A stretch of 64,000 nucleotides of DNA, taken from assembly GCF_056746865.1 (NCBI RefSeq), contig NZ_CM163382.1. The stretch is one strand, 5' to 3'. This document shows, piece by piece, positions 11,921 through 24,039 of this stretch. How positions within the stretch are numbered: position 1 is the stretch's first letter; the number at the start of each line of letters is the position of its first letter. Below the pieces are notes generated by a model that did not search any database, was not told the DNA's origin, and saw nothing but the letters and a program-made list of their open reading frames with translations. Position numbers and translations under genes: made by a program.

Positions 11921-12145
11921 TCAGTGTTTTATTACCTTAATCTTTTTACGGCATTCTTCAGCTCTTGCGCATGCTATTTTTTCACCTGTTTCATAACATT
12001 GCTGGCAGCCTAATCCAAATTTCATCGCCATATCATAACCTTCCCGAAAACCTCGGAACCACGCGTTACGAAGGTATTCATCATATTCCCCGTAGTCAAT
12101 AATAACCATTTTATTTTCATGGGATTTTCCGGTATTCTCACTCAT
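11921..12145 (-). CDS. Small cysteine-containing hypothetical protein
   Basis: ORF track gives 119 aa; internal start MSENTGK is preceded by a GAGG ribosome-binding site; convergent with sodC. Confidence 0.3.
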   Translation of the reverse strand: MSENTGKSHENKMVIIDYGEYDEYLRNAWFRGFREGYDMAMKFGLGCQQCYETGEKIACARAEECRKKIKVIKH

Positions 12146-12959
12146 TTTCGATACCTCAATGCTTACAACAGAAAAGTATACTTTTACGAAGTTCGCCTTT
12201 GCAGGACTATATAAAGTTATCACTGGATGCAAGAGCCGGAAATCATGTATATCAGGATCAACTTTGTAATTCAATAACATATTATCCAGTGAAAAAGTAA
12301 GTATATTTAAGCTGGGGAAGGAGAAGGGGGACTTAATTTGATATTTTCATCAATAATATTATTTTACCTCCTCCATTATTCATTCAGGCCTGGTTCCGGG
12401 CGTAATTCCGATTTCTCTGTTGAAGCGATGCATTTATATTTAAATATTCACCTGTCATTGAATTTTATTTGAAATAGGAGAAAATCTCCTCCTGTACTAC
12501 AGATAACCCGGAATGTTCCTCGAAAGAAAATTCTGGCGCAGAATTCACGCCCGGTTCTGTTCAACATCATGCAGGATAACGATACCGAAACGTTAAACTC
12601 TGGCAATTCTCGTGTTATACACAGGCAGGAGTGATTACTACGGTAAGAATTGCTGAAAAGGGGAGAACACTGAAGGCCTTATTCGCGAAGAATAAAGGAG
12701 ACATTTCATGTAAATTATTATCAGAGATAACCTTCTCCAGGCGCTTTTGTTCGCTTCCTGAATTGCTACCTGATACATATTTACGGGATGCCAGCCTGGT
12801 GACTATAACTCCGAAAAGACCGATTATTGTATTGCGTGCATCCGGCATGTTTACAATGTACGCTGGTATCTAACGGAGTCTGACACAGATGCACGCAGGT
12901 GTATATTTTAACGTAATTATCCGGAAGGAACAGTATATTTTAATGCGGGAGTTGCATGA

Positions 12960-13777
<818 letters not shown>

Positions 13778-14116
13778 TAATTACACTGTGGGTTGACGCC
13801 GGAAGAATCAGAGAACAGATACCGTTCTTACTGTAAAACGTGGCTAATATTAATTGAGCACTGCAGTGTTCAGAGCACAAAGAAGAAAAAAGATGTGTGC
13901 GAATGCCTGTAATGTGTTAAAAGAATGTTCCGCGTTTCCGGTACGCTTTTCGTAACTAACAATGCAGGGTGACGTAACGCTGGTTGTGCCGGAAACGCGT
14001 CCCTCCCCCTATCTTTCCTGTTTGGATTTGCCCCTATATTTCTGGATTATCCGACAAAACCGGCGTGAAGTATTACTCTCGTCGCCCAGCACCATAAGGA
14101 TAACGCCCATAAAATC

Positions 14117-14482
14117 ATGAAACTTTTCTTCCAGATTGGATACAATCAGGCCGTATCCCGTATTACAGGCTTATCACGTGTGACAGTCAGTCTCTGGGTG
14201 TGTTCAGGAACATTCCCTGAAATGTCAACCCGGCCTCCAGAGCGAGGACTTCTGGCCCCATGGAGGGAGTGGTTAAAAGAGCAACGAGAAAGTGGTAACT
14301 TCGGCGCGTGGCTGCAAGGATGGCAGCTGATGCTGCGGCTATATGTGAGGCAATCGGCAGTCGCTGGAATAATGGGGGTTGTCGAAAGTCATGTAAATAG
14401 ACTAAAAATGCTGAAAGGCCAGATGTATGGTCGAGCCGGATTTGAACTACTCAGACAGAGGGTCATGAGTCCACTGGCATGA
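14117..14482 (+). CDS. Hypothetical protein with possible AlpA-like helix-turn-helix
   Basis: 121-aa ORF containing ITGLSRVTVSLW...FPE; weak resemblance only. Confidence 0.2.
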   Translation: MKLFFQIGYNQAVSRITGLSRVTVSLWVCSGTFPEMSTRPPERGLLAPWREWLKEQRESGNFGAWLQGWQLMLRLYVRQSAVAGIMGVVESHVNRLKMLKGQMYGRAGFELLRQRVMSPLA

Positions 14483-14690
14483 AAATCTCCATCCAGGTTG
14501 CGTAAGAGCCACTTTTCATCCGTCGTCGATATCTGGGATAGCCATAGTGAAATAAAAAGCTGTCTGAATTAAATTATTTTGCACATATATTTTAATCCTG
14601 CACTGAATTAAGAATGGGTAATCAGTGACTGCTTGGACGGTCACTTTTAAGAGAAGGCATTAACAGAGAATGGTAAACAGGCTCAATATA

Positions 14691-15143
14691 TTATGTTGTT
14701 GGCACTACAGATGAATGATGGGATGATATTTTCCAATCCTTTCCATCCCACTCATAAGCGAAACTATAGCGTGCTGAAACTTGTTTTTTATCTTCAAAAG
14801 TAAACGTGTAATTCCCTGTATCAAGAGCCATATTGCATCCAATGCGAATAGTTCTGAAGTTTATTTCTCCAACAGGTTTTTTTTTCAAAAAATGCTCAAA
14901 ATAGTCAACTCTTTCTGCATCTGTAATCCTAATTTTTTTTGATACTGTGGGCAGTAAGATCGCATCACTTAAATAGTTATCAGCAACCTTCTTGGCATCA
15001 CCTGTTTTTAATGATTCATTCCAGCGATCGAATAACCTTTCAATGTCTTTACTATCTACCCGAATACACTTAACATTATCTACGTCACTTGCCCACGACG
15101 CTCCAGAAAACAGACACAGAATTAAAATATTTATTTTTTTCAT
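14691..15143 (-). CDS. Secreted hypothetical protein, possibly NTF2/SnoaL-like fold
   Basis: 150 aa with clear signal peptide (MKKINILILCLFSGASWA); AT-rich codon usage; fold guess from size and composition only. Confidence 0.45.
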   Translation of the reverse strand: MKKINILILCLFSGASWASDVDNVKCIRVDSKDIERLFDRWNESLKTGDAKKVADNYLSDAILLPTVSKKIRITDAERVDYFEHFLKKKPVGEINFRTIRIGCNMALDTGNYTFTFEDKKQVSARYSFAYEWDGKDWKISSHHSSVVPTT

Positions 15144-15317
15144 AACTCCTCCTGATCAGCCTGAAACTTTTTTAAAGTTTAATCATATTAATACAGTGCA
15201 ACTATTTGATAGTAAAAACGATGTTCTCTATTTTGTTAATAGATACTTCCTATTGTGTATATATTATGAGATTATTAAGAATAATACTCTCTGGGTCGTA
15301 GAGACAGGGTATAAGTC

Positions 15318-15760
15318 ACAGGCTGGTGTGGTTCGGATGTTCTTGCCCCCTCAATATCAGACTGCTATTGTATCTTAAGTTAACGTTATCCGCTGACGTC
15401 GATATTCCCGTGGTGAGAGATAACCTAACGCACTATGCGGATGGTTTTCATTGTAATGCTCGAACGCCTCTGCAAGGTTATGCAATGCCGTTATTACATT
15501 CAGTTTCGGCATGAACGCGATGTAGTCTTCATTCACGTTTTCACGAACCTTTCTGCCATTCTATTGCTCTGAGGGCTACTGACTGCCGTCGTGCAGGGCT
15601 CCAGATTCAACTCTCTGGCGAATTGCCGTGTTTCATGAGCCGTATAAGCCGAACCGTTATCCGTCCGCCACTGGATTGCTCGTTCCGGTCCTTTATCGCC
15701 AAAGCGTTTTTCTATCGCTCCTAACATCACATCCTGCACTGTCGGCTTTATCGTAACCTC
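15318..15760 (-). pseudogene. IS2-like (IS3 family) orfB C-terminal fragment with right inverted repeat
   Basis: [15 protein letters not shown]...[19 protein letters not shown]...[26 protein letters not shown] parallels IS2 OrfB; in-frame stop; terminal repeat ttaagatacaatagcagtctgatattgagggggcaag is IS2-IRR-like. Confidence 0.5.
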
Positions 15761-15789
15761 CCGTACTGGTCACGGGCAGACTGTTCATC

Positions 15790-16503
15790 ATGTTAAACCC
15801 AGCCGCTGTCAGATCATGCACCGGCCGGATGGCGGGCTGACCTGCCCCGCCGCGCTGCTGCCCGCCAATCCATTTCTTACCTTCCTTCCCGGTGGCCTGA
15901 CGTCCGGCCTCGTCCCCTTTCACCGCATCACCGTCACCGCTGTTCACCACCTTCTTGTACTCTTCCAGCATCGCTGGCCTGCGTCCATTTGCTGCGATCA
16001 GAAAAGTCCATCATCCGTTTTGCCATGTTCTGGCAGTTCAGTTACGCCTTGTCGAAAGCCACATTCGCCTGCAGCACACCGTTGGTGATCATGTCGTACA
16101 GGCCGGGGTTGGCACGCTGTATCACCATCGCCGGCAGACTGGCAGCGGCGCCGGTCGCCCCCTAAATCACATCCCCCATCAGATTTTTAAAGCCGTCGGT
16201 CAATCCGTTAAGATGATTACCCACCGTGGTCTTCAGGTCAAAGTTGCCGCACATCAGATCGCTGCTCCAGCCCAGGTCCATACCCAGCTTCTGCATGTTG
16301 CTGCGCGTGGCCAACTGTGAGATCACCGAGCCGCCACCCAGCGTATAGAACAGTTTGTCGGATACGGCGCCATCCACGGATTTCCCGTAACCGAACGTGC
16401 TGTCATTCAGTTTCGGCAGGGAAAGAAGATCAGCCATCGCCGGAATACTGCAGTACAGCATCACACTCAGTGCCACCATACCTGTTTTCATCTTCATCAT
16501 CAT
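15790..16503 (-). pseudogene. TraH-like conjugative transfer protein, disrupted
   Basis: ORF 16162-16503 has signal peptide and TraH-like N-terminus; reading continues in other frames to about 15790 with stops. Confidence 0.35.
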
Positions 16504-16509
16504 GGTTCC

Positions 16510-18365
16510 TTAAAAATTCGTACTGCCAAGGAATCGCTGCCCGCGCTTTTCGAAGCAGCTGTAAGGCTGCCACAGTGCAAAGGCTGCATTACCGTTCTCC
16601 GCCGCCTGGTGTTCACCATCCGGGAAAACGGCACAGGAACGCGACACTGACGGCGTCAGTCGCTGCCATTTGTGATTGCGGGTGCCGGTGTTTTCCTCCA
16701 CCGCCTCCGGGGGCCAGTAGCCGTCACGTTTCACGCCCTTAACCTCCCTGTAGACATGCGACTCCCCCATCCGCGTGATAATGTCGGCCACCCGCTGAGC
16801 CCCCACCGCCGCGGCCCGGTCATCATCGCTCTGCATCACAAAACCACTCCGGTGATAAACGCTCCCCCACATGTTTTTATCGGCCTAGCTGCCAATCTCG
16901 CGTTTGCCGGGAACCTGTGCCTCTGGATACAGGGATTCAGGTAATCCCGTTCGCTAGACGATGCTGTCCAGGGTACTGAGGAAATAGGCCATGGCCGGTG
17001 TCACCGGTGAATCACAGCTGAATCCGGGTACCATCCCGCCGATAAGCTGTGTGGCCGGATGACCCAGCGCATCTGCATATTTGAAACGAATTGCTGAACG
17101 GCGCTTCCCCTGTATTTTCATATCCGCCGGATTTCCCCCGCCGGCACTCAGCCCGGACAGGCCGTCAGTGATGGCATTCTCCGGGCCACCTGCGGTCCGG
17201 CTGACCAGCGACATCTCTTTCCAGGGATTACCACCCGGTGCCGTATAGGTGGAAATAACCACTTCCGGGATGAAATGTGTCACCTTCACGGAAATTCTGA
17301 CCGTACAGCCAGACGCGCTGCAGTAAAGCCAGTAACAAATCCCGCTGACACGCCAGCTGATATAGTCCGGTGCCGCAGTACTGGCGATAATGCTGGCGGT
17401 GTTCAGTGATACAGACGCCAGGGGCAGTGATGCCACACTCAGTAACAGCACGCCGGTACGCAGACGACATTTCAGGGACATCATGGCTGCACTCCTCCCT
17501 CAGCACGGATTTTCCCGGCCATCACCACATCCATGGTGCCGTAAACCACCTCACTGTCATCAAACACCACGGCAGGGTATTTCTTCACGCCCAGCGACTA
17601 GGCATGTGCCACATCGCGGTAATGACCGGCCAGTTCCGCCTGCATCGTCTGCCATTCGGGAGACTTCATACGTACCCTGACCACCGATTCAGCCTCACCC
17701 GCATCAGCAGGCAACAGGCCCCAAAAGCGGCTCTGAAGCTGCTCAGGCGCATCCAGCAGAACCACCCTGACACCATCAGGAGGATTAACGGGAAGATGCT
17801 GAGAATCGGTATAAATTGTTGTGCCGGCAGACGCTGCCAGCGGCAGGAAAAACAGGGAACAGAAAATCCGGTACATCGTACACCTCAGTCAGATATTATC
17901 TGACTGACAGCGTGCGAAGAAAGCGCTCATTTATCAGCAATAAATTAAAAACGGGATTAAAAAATTACGGTGGGATCCGGGGAAGTGTATCTGCCAAGCA
18001 TAACAGACAGTCTGTGATTATACCCGGCCTTTCACAAAGCCGGGGAACTGATTCATACCAAGTGGTGATTTTCAACAATAAGTATAATGAGGTTGTCCCG
18101 GCACCGGTGGCAGTGGTTCGAGATAGACGTCATCAACAAAAACACAGGGGAATTTTTCAACTGCACATCCAGCACGCTCAGACATTACCTTCAGACTGAT
18201 ACCATGTTTCTCAGCATCAATAAAGAGGACATCTGCCCCTGTTTCATCCCGGAGATTTGTCGCATGATGCATGATCCGGTGTACTGAAGGACATGTTTTG
18301 TAACCAAAAACACATATACGCATGTTGCACCTCCTGATCACTGGTTGACGCCGATAATAAAACAA
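16510..18365 (-). pseudogene. Degraded conjugation-module remnants (TraU-like, signal-peptide protein, glutaredoxin-like protein)
   Basis: Co-directional short ORFs 16510-16872, 16954-17484 (CxxxxC motif ICYWLYCS), 17598-17876, 18072-18365 (CPSV glutaredoxin-like), separated by in-frame stops. Confidence 0.3.
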
Positions 18366-18809
18366 TAATGTGAGCGTAAAAAATGCACCTCATACCACAT
18401 TTCTGTAAAAGGCTCTGGCTATCACTGCAAAAAGCAAAATCTTAATTCCAGCATCACTTGTTACTCTCATTCCGTCACTTATATTTACCCACATGGCGAT
18501 GTATTTAATTACTGCCCATAAGAATAAAAGCCGCTGGCGGATTATTTCTTTATTACCCGGATGCGGTCACAAGCCCACACATCGTCAACTACCTGCCGGT
18601 AATATTAACTGTCAGAAGAACGCATACATCCGGATGTTTACAGAGTCGCGCGCCTGGTCACAGGTGACAACAGAAGTATGCCATACTAAAGGAGTAAACG
18701 GCGGGTCACTGGTGATCAAACACCTGCATCGTGTGTTGCTGCCACTGCCCTCAGGTGACAGAGGCAGCATCTTTACGTATTATAATGCGTTATATCGGGT
18801 TTGTTGTTA

Positions 18810-20897
18810 TCAGAACTGATAGTTCAGCGACATCCAGTAATTTCTCTCAGGTATCACATAACCCGTTGTCGATGCCCCCGTCTGGAAGTAATCACCCGCA
18901 TAAAGCGTACCACTGCCGGCACGATACAGACTTACGTCACTGTAATCCTTGTTAAGCACATTATTCACCGCTGCATTCAGCATCAGTGCATCCGTCACTT
19001 TCCACGACATGCCCGCATCCAGTACCGTCCAGGCTTTCAGATATTCACCTTTCTCATCATACACTTTCTTCTGTACAGCTGAGAGTGACGAATAATTCTG
19101 GGTGAAACGTGGCGTTTTCCCGCGGTAACGGGCACCCAGCCATGATGTCACCTCTTCAGTAATCTGCCAGTTCAGTTTCGCATTCACCATATGCTCAGGG
19201 GTGTAACTCAGTGGTGCACCTTTATTATCCCCATCCCGTTGTTCACTCTGCGTCCAGGTATAATTCAGAGACAGAGTCACATCCTCTGACAACAGAGGCA
19301 GTGTGCCGGCAAATTCCACGCCCTGAGTCCTAGCCTTTCCGCTGTTTGTGTAGCTGCGGGTATTATCATCAATGGAATAAGATACGATCTTGTTGGAGAA
19401 TTCTGTCATAAAGCCCGTGATATTGGCGTTCAGACCGGCATGATTATCGTAATACACGCCCGCTTCATAACTGACACTCTCCTCCGGCTTCAGGTCCGGG
19501 TTACCGAGAAGATTCGTACGCCCCTGACCGGACACACCGCTGATCCCCTTATGTAACTGCCCCATGCTGGGCGCCTTATATCCCGTGGTCACCCCACCTT
19601 TCAGCGTCCACGCATCAGTCACATCCCAGACCATATATGCCCGGGGACTGAAGTGTCCTCCGAACACCTCATAGCGTTCATAGCGGCTACCCGCAGTCAG
19701 TGCAAATGCATCCGTGATATACCACTCATCCTCAACAAATGCCGACCAGCTTTTCTGACGGAAGGTTTCACCAGTACTGGCGAGAACAACCCCGTCTTTC
19801 ATGGAGGAGTTCTGATACTCACCACCGACGGTAACCTTGTGTGATTCCCCCAGAGGTGCAAACAGTAATGAGCTCAGGATAAGATTCGACTCCTTAAGCT
19901 CCCTCGGCTGGCCGGCAAGCCCCCATTTATCACGCTGCAGTACGCTACGTACAAGCTGACGGCCTTTATTTTCCGTCTCATTCCAGTTCAGAGATGACTT
20001 CCAGGCTCCGAAGGTGAATGTATGATCATAGCCTGCTGAAATTTTATTACGCTCATAGCGCAGGGTGCGATCATAACCGCCCGTCAGACTGCCCAGCTGG
20101 CCATCTCGGTTATCATAACGCTGCCGGGCGATATCCATATCAATCCAGAGTACATCCTTGTCCGTCGCTTTCCAGTCAAGACGACCACCTGCATTATAAT
20201 TCTGTGATTCCGTGGGATAAGGGATACGCGTAGCTGAGGTGTCGCTCAGTGATGTGACCGATGAGCCCTGACGCTGCTGTGTGCTGCCACGTACCTGAAG
20301 GCTGAGTGAATCATCCACAAGGGGACCGCTGCTCCAGAAATTAAACTGGCTGCTGTTCCCCCATTTGTTACTTTCCTGCAGGTTCAGCCCGGCATTAACC
20401 GAAGAGCGCCATTTGTCTGCATTCTTTTTGGTGATGATATTCACCACGCCCCCCATGGCATCAGAGCCGTACAGAGTGGACATGGGGCCCCTGATAATCT
20501 CAATACGTTCGATGGCGGCCAGAGGTGGCATAAAACCCGTATTCATGGCAGCATAACCGTTTGGGGTTACGTCACTGCTCCCGCCCTGACGGACACCATC
20601 GATCAGTATCAGCGTATAACTGGCAGGCATTCCGCGGATGCTGATTTCGAGCCCACCTGTTTTACCCGTACCGCTTTCAACATCCACCCCCTCTACGGAT
20701 CTCAGTGCCTCCCCCAGATCATGATACTGGCTGGATCGCAAATCCTCCTGGCTGATCACTGAAACACTCGCAGCTGCACTGGTTAATTTTTTTTCATAGC
20801 CAGACGCCGTGACTACCATCACATCTTCCGCAGCCATACTGCTGACTGAAAACCCGAGACAAGGGATGGCTACTGAAGCCAGAGTGGTTACTCGCAT
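18810..20897 (-). CDS. iha: TonB-dependent siderophore receptor/adhesin, Iha-like (IrgA homologue)
   Basis: 695 aa with signal peptide, TonB-box-like EDVMVVTAS, plug plus beta-barrel, C-terminal aromatic residue; size and sequence recalled as Iha. Confidence 0.6.
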   Translation of the reverse strand: MRVTTLASVAIPCLGFSVSSMAAEDVMVVTASGYEKKLTSAAASVSVISQEDLRSSQYHDLGEALRSVEGVDVESGTGKTGGLEISIRGMPASYTLILIDGVRQGGSSDVTPNGYAAMNTGFMPPLAAIERIEIIRGPMSTLYGSDAMGGVVNIITKKNADKWRSSVNAGLNLQESNKWGNSSQFNFWSSGPLVDDSLSLQVRGSTQQRQGSSVTSLSDTSATRIPYPTESQNYNAGGRLDWKATDKDVLWIDMDIARQRYDNRDGQLGSLTGGYDRTLRYERNKISAGYDHTFTFGAWKSSLNWNETENKGRQLVRSVLQRDKWGLAGQPRELKESNLILSSLLFAPLGESHKVTVGGEYQNSSMKDGVVLASTGETFRQKSWSAFVEDEWYITDAFALTAGSRYERYEVFGGHFSPRAYMVWDVTDAWTLKGGVTTGYKAPSMGQLHKGISGVSGQGRTNLLGNPDLKPEESVSYEAGVYYDNHAGLNANITGFMTEFSNKIVSYSIDDNTRSYTNSGKARTQGVEFAGTLPLLSEDVTLSLNYTWTQSEQRDGDNKGAPLSYTPEHMVNAKLNWQITEEVTSWLGARYRGKTPRFTQNYSSLSAVQKKVYDEKGEYLKAWTVLDAGMSWKVTDALMLNAAVNNVLNKDYSDVSLYRAGSGTLYAGDYFQTGASTTGYVIPERNYWMSLNYQF

Positions 20898-20946
20898 ATC
20901 TTCTCTCCGATTATATTAATCAGAGAGAAGATAAACAAACGCAAGA

Positions 20947-20965
20947 GATAATGAGAATGATTTGC
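20947..20965. promoter_or_regulatory. Fur box upstream of the Iha-like receptor gene
   Basis: gataatgagaatgatttgc, strong match to the Fur consensus, about 50 bp upstream of the start. Confidence 0.45.
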
Positions 20966-21209
20966 TTTTGGTTTTTACATAAAAAAGCAAAAAATTACAA
21001 AATATTACATAAGGTTCTACTATACCCCGAATTTCAGTTGAGGACGTTCTTTTCTCTAGGGGAAAGTAACGGATAGCAATCGTTGACGATCCATATCGGA
21101 TTTTTGCACTATGGGTATTTATCCAATCTTTATCAGTTTCTTGTCCTTGGATATGTTAATCATACACTATCGGATATTTCGTACATCAGACAGGTGAATA
21201 TAATTAATA

Positions 21210-21494
21210 ATGAGGAGTTTTATGGACAATAGAACAATTACTCTGCAGGAATTACTCGAGTACATGTCAATGCTTCGAGACGACATGAATGCTCTCACGG
21301 TTGCATTTTCATATCTGGCTTCATCGCTTCCTAAGGAACAGATGATACAAATACTGGCATTCATTCATTTTGAATCAAATAATTCCAGATGGTCTTCAGA
21401 ACAGCAGAAATCTTTCAAATGGCTAGCATCACTACTGGAGGGCTGTTATACAGTTCACACAAACATTTTTGATATACCATCAAAGAACCACTAG
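21210..21494 (+). CDS. Hypothetical small protein in AT-rich DNA
   Basis: 94-aa ORF; no recognisable motif. Confidence 0.2.
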   Translation: MRSFMDNRTITLQELLEYMSMLRDDMNALTVAFSYLASSLPKEQMIQILAFIHFESNNSRWSSEQQKSFKWLASLLEGCYTVHTNIFDIPSKNH

Positions 21495-22158
21495 TACATT
21501 ATGATACATTCCCTCTGAAATATATTTCTACTTTGAGCGCCTCTGACTTTATGAGGCGCTTTGTCCAGCAAACCAAACATACTCGCTGGAAACAGAGTAA
21601 AGTATTATTATCCCCGATACATCTATATTTTACAACAGCGCATCCATATATTAATTAACGATGCAGTTAAGTTCCCCATTCTACCCAATTTACTGTTTTT
21701 GTTGTTTGAAAGAAGACTCTCATTAAGTGAGAGCCATCTGTAAGTATCCCGCATAATCGCTCCATTCATATTTAGAGATCATCCGGAATAATCAATCTGA
21801 TAACGAAGAAAATCGCTATGCGTAAAGCCCGTATTACTGAGTATTAGATCATCGCTGTAATTAAATCGGTTGAAACCGGACGAACAATTAAAGATGTTTG
21901 TCGGGAAGCCGGTATTTCTGAAGCCACTTACTACATCTATTGACTACCTCAGTTTTGCAAGCACTGATTCTGGTTTTGGATTGTTGCTTACATCTATCCG
22001 GCATCAGGAAAACCTGTGCCCAAATAGGGAATCCACACACAATCGCCTCTACAACTGGACGACCTCTGAGGCCAGTACAAAAATCAGGTTCCGATTGTGC
22101 AGGTGCAACCCGTCACCATTTCTCAGTACGCTGCAACTTTTGCTGAAAGAGATTAACT

Positions 22159-22620
22159 TCACACTGCCTGATATTCTGTATCATTTATCAGCATCGACCA
22201 GATTATTCTCGCGTATTTGTTAGCAATCTCCACAGTAGTTTTATTAAATTCGCGACTCTCCTTTAACTGCTTAACCCACTGATTTAGGTATACATCATTA
22301 TTATTCGTAGCAACTCTAACGACAGCACGGACGCCATGAATAAAAAGTGTTTGCAGATGCTTGTCGCCTTTTTTCGTTATATTCATGAGAACTTACCTGC
22401 AGCAACTCTAGTGCAGGCATGGAAGCAGACCAAGCCATGCAGCACAGTGACGATCATTCTTAAATTCAGTGCCTTTGCCAATAATAACAGCAACAACGCT
22501 CGTGACAATTTCAGGACCAATGCCTTTAGCTTTTGCAATACGCTGACAGCATTCAGATTGCCTGGACAGGTCTCTATTTATTTATCAAAAAAGTTTATAC
22601 TACGACCGAGATCGTTAAAG
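22159..22620 (-). pseudogene. IS110-family transposase C-terminal fragment, cut by IS630
   Basis: ORF 22159-22386 (GDKHLQTLFIHGVRAV...ANKYARIIW) plus upstream frame with IAKAKGIGPEIVTSVVA; homology ends at the IS630 boundary. Confidence 0.45.
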
Positions 22621-22628
22621 AGATCATC

Positions 22629-23786
22629 TAAATAGCTGCGCCTAATACCACTACACTTTTGCCAGCCCATGTTTGCCTCCGGGGAACGGGCTGATGGTTT
22701 CCATAAAATGGCGAATTTTTTTCAACAGTTGCCACATTGAGCGGCACTGATGATTACGCGTTATTGTGTCGTGAAGTGCCTGCCATAGCCGTTCAACATG
22801 ATTCACCCATGGCAAGTAAACCGGCTGATAAATGACCCTGAACTTCGGGTTCTCCTTCAACCAGCGCTGTGTTTCCCGGCTTTTGTGGATAATGTAGTTG
22901 TCCACGATCAGTGTGATGGTTTTCACCCGAAGGTATGTCGCTTTAAGCCGCTTCAGCAGGCTGATGAACAGCGCCGAACTTTTGCTGTTGCCGCCCACAT
23001 AGCTGACTTTACCTGTCCCGCTGTGCAGCGCTCCGGCCAGATCATATTTTTCATTCTGTCCCGGCGTGACCACCCGTTTTTGCTGTCCGCGCAGTTGCCA
23101 GTCCGCACCGATTTTGGGATTAAGATGGATATCCACTTCATCTTCATAAAAGACCGGATGCTCTGTGCTGCATTCGTCCAGTGCTTTATGGATTGCTGCC
23201 ATCTTTTCATCTTTATGCGGGTCACGGATACGCAGAGTTGGCGCAGCCCTTCGCCACACAATCCCCGCAGACGGCAACCAGCGGCGAACGGTTCCGGCAT
23301 TTAACTGGCAATCGGTTATCTCATTGATTTTTATTGCCAGCAGTTCTGTACTCCAGCGTGAACGCTGGTAGCCAAAGTCGCCGGGAGAATGTTTTACCAG
23401 CTCACGTAACAGTGTGCAGATATGCTCAAACGACCAGAGACGGGCTCGCCCGGCAGGTAATGATTTCAGTCCCTCAACACCCGACTGCGTGAACCAGTTA
23501 ATCCAACATCCAACAGAGGAACGGGCGCAGCAGAGCGTTCTGGCAACGTCGCTGACACGGTCGCCCCGGTGCAGCATCAGCATGGCAGTCAGTCTGCGGG
23601 CATAATTTTTATCGTGTGTTTTATGGATGGCTTTCTGCATCAGGCGTCGTTCGTCACGGGAAATTGGTGCTATGATCGGCATTGCTCAGTCCGGTTGGTG
23701 ATTTGTTTTGATTTGGCGATTGATCAGATCGCACAATCCAGGCTGAGCTCCCTCAAAGTGATCTACTATTCCGCGCAGCTATTTAG
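22629..23786 (-). mobile_element. IS630 insertion sequence, complete
   Basis: About 1158 bp bounded by inverted repeats taaatagctgcgc/gcgcagctattta; contains intact transposase. Confidence 0.8.
22651..23682 (-). CDS. IS630 transposase
   Basis: 343 aa; near-identical to the recalled IS630 transposase (MPIIAPISRDERRLMQKAIHK...). Confidence 0.85.
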   Translation of the reverse strand: MPIIAPISRDERRLMQKAIHKTHDKNYARRLTAMLMLHRGDRVSDVARTLCCARSSVGCWINWFTQSGVEGLKSLPAGRARLWSFEHICTLLRELVKHSPGDFGYQRSRWSTELLAIKINEITDCQLNAGTVRRWLPSAGIVWRRAAPTLRIRDPHKDEKMAAIHKALDECSTEHPVFYEDEVDIHLNPKIGADWQLRGQQKRVVTPGQNEKYDLAGALHSGTGKVSYVGGNSKSSALFISLLKRLKATYLRVKTITLIVDNYIIHKSRETQRWLKENPKFRVIYQPVYLPWVNHVERLWQALHDTITRNHQCRSMWQLLKKIRHFMETISPFPGGKHGLAKV

Positions 23787-24039
23787 TTCCGCTATCGTTC
23801 TGCACATACAAGCTCTTAACCCGTTTATGCATCCTCAAGGCTCAGCAGAATAGCTGTCAGCGCCAATGATATAAGACAGTAATGGGGATGCGGACGATTT
23901 CCTGGACTCTCAGGAGATGAAACATGTTTACTGAAGAAGAAAAAATCCGCGCCATTGAGCTTTATTTCAAATATGTGACCCGTCCTGAATAGCGTTGACA
24001 CGTTCCTACTTAAATCCGGAGAACGTAATGATGACTTAG

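Noticed and set aside
14021-14046. IS2 right-end-like 20-mer ggatttgcccctatatttc
   Set aside because: The match stops after about 20 bp and there is no adjacent IS2 coding sequence; could be a degraded terminal repeat but the evidence is too thin for a feature.
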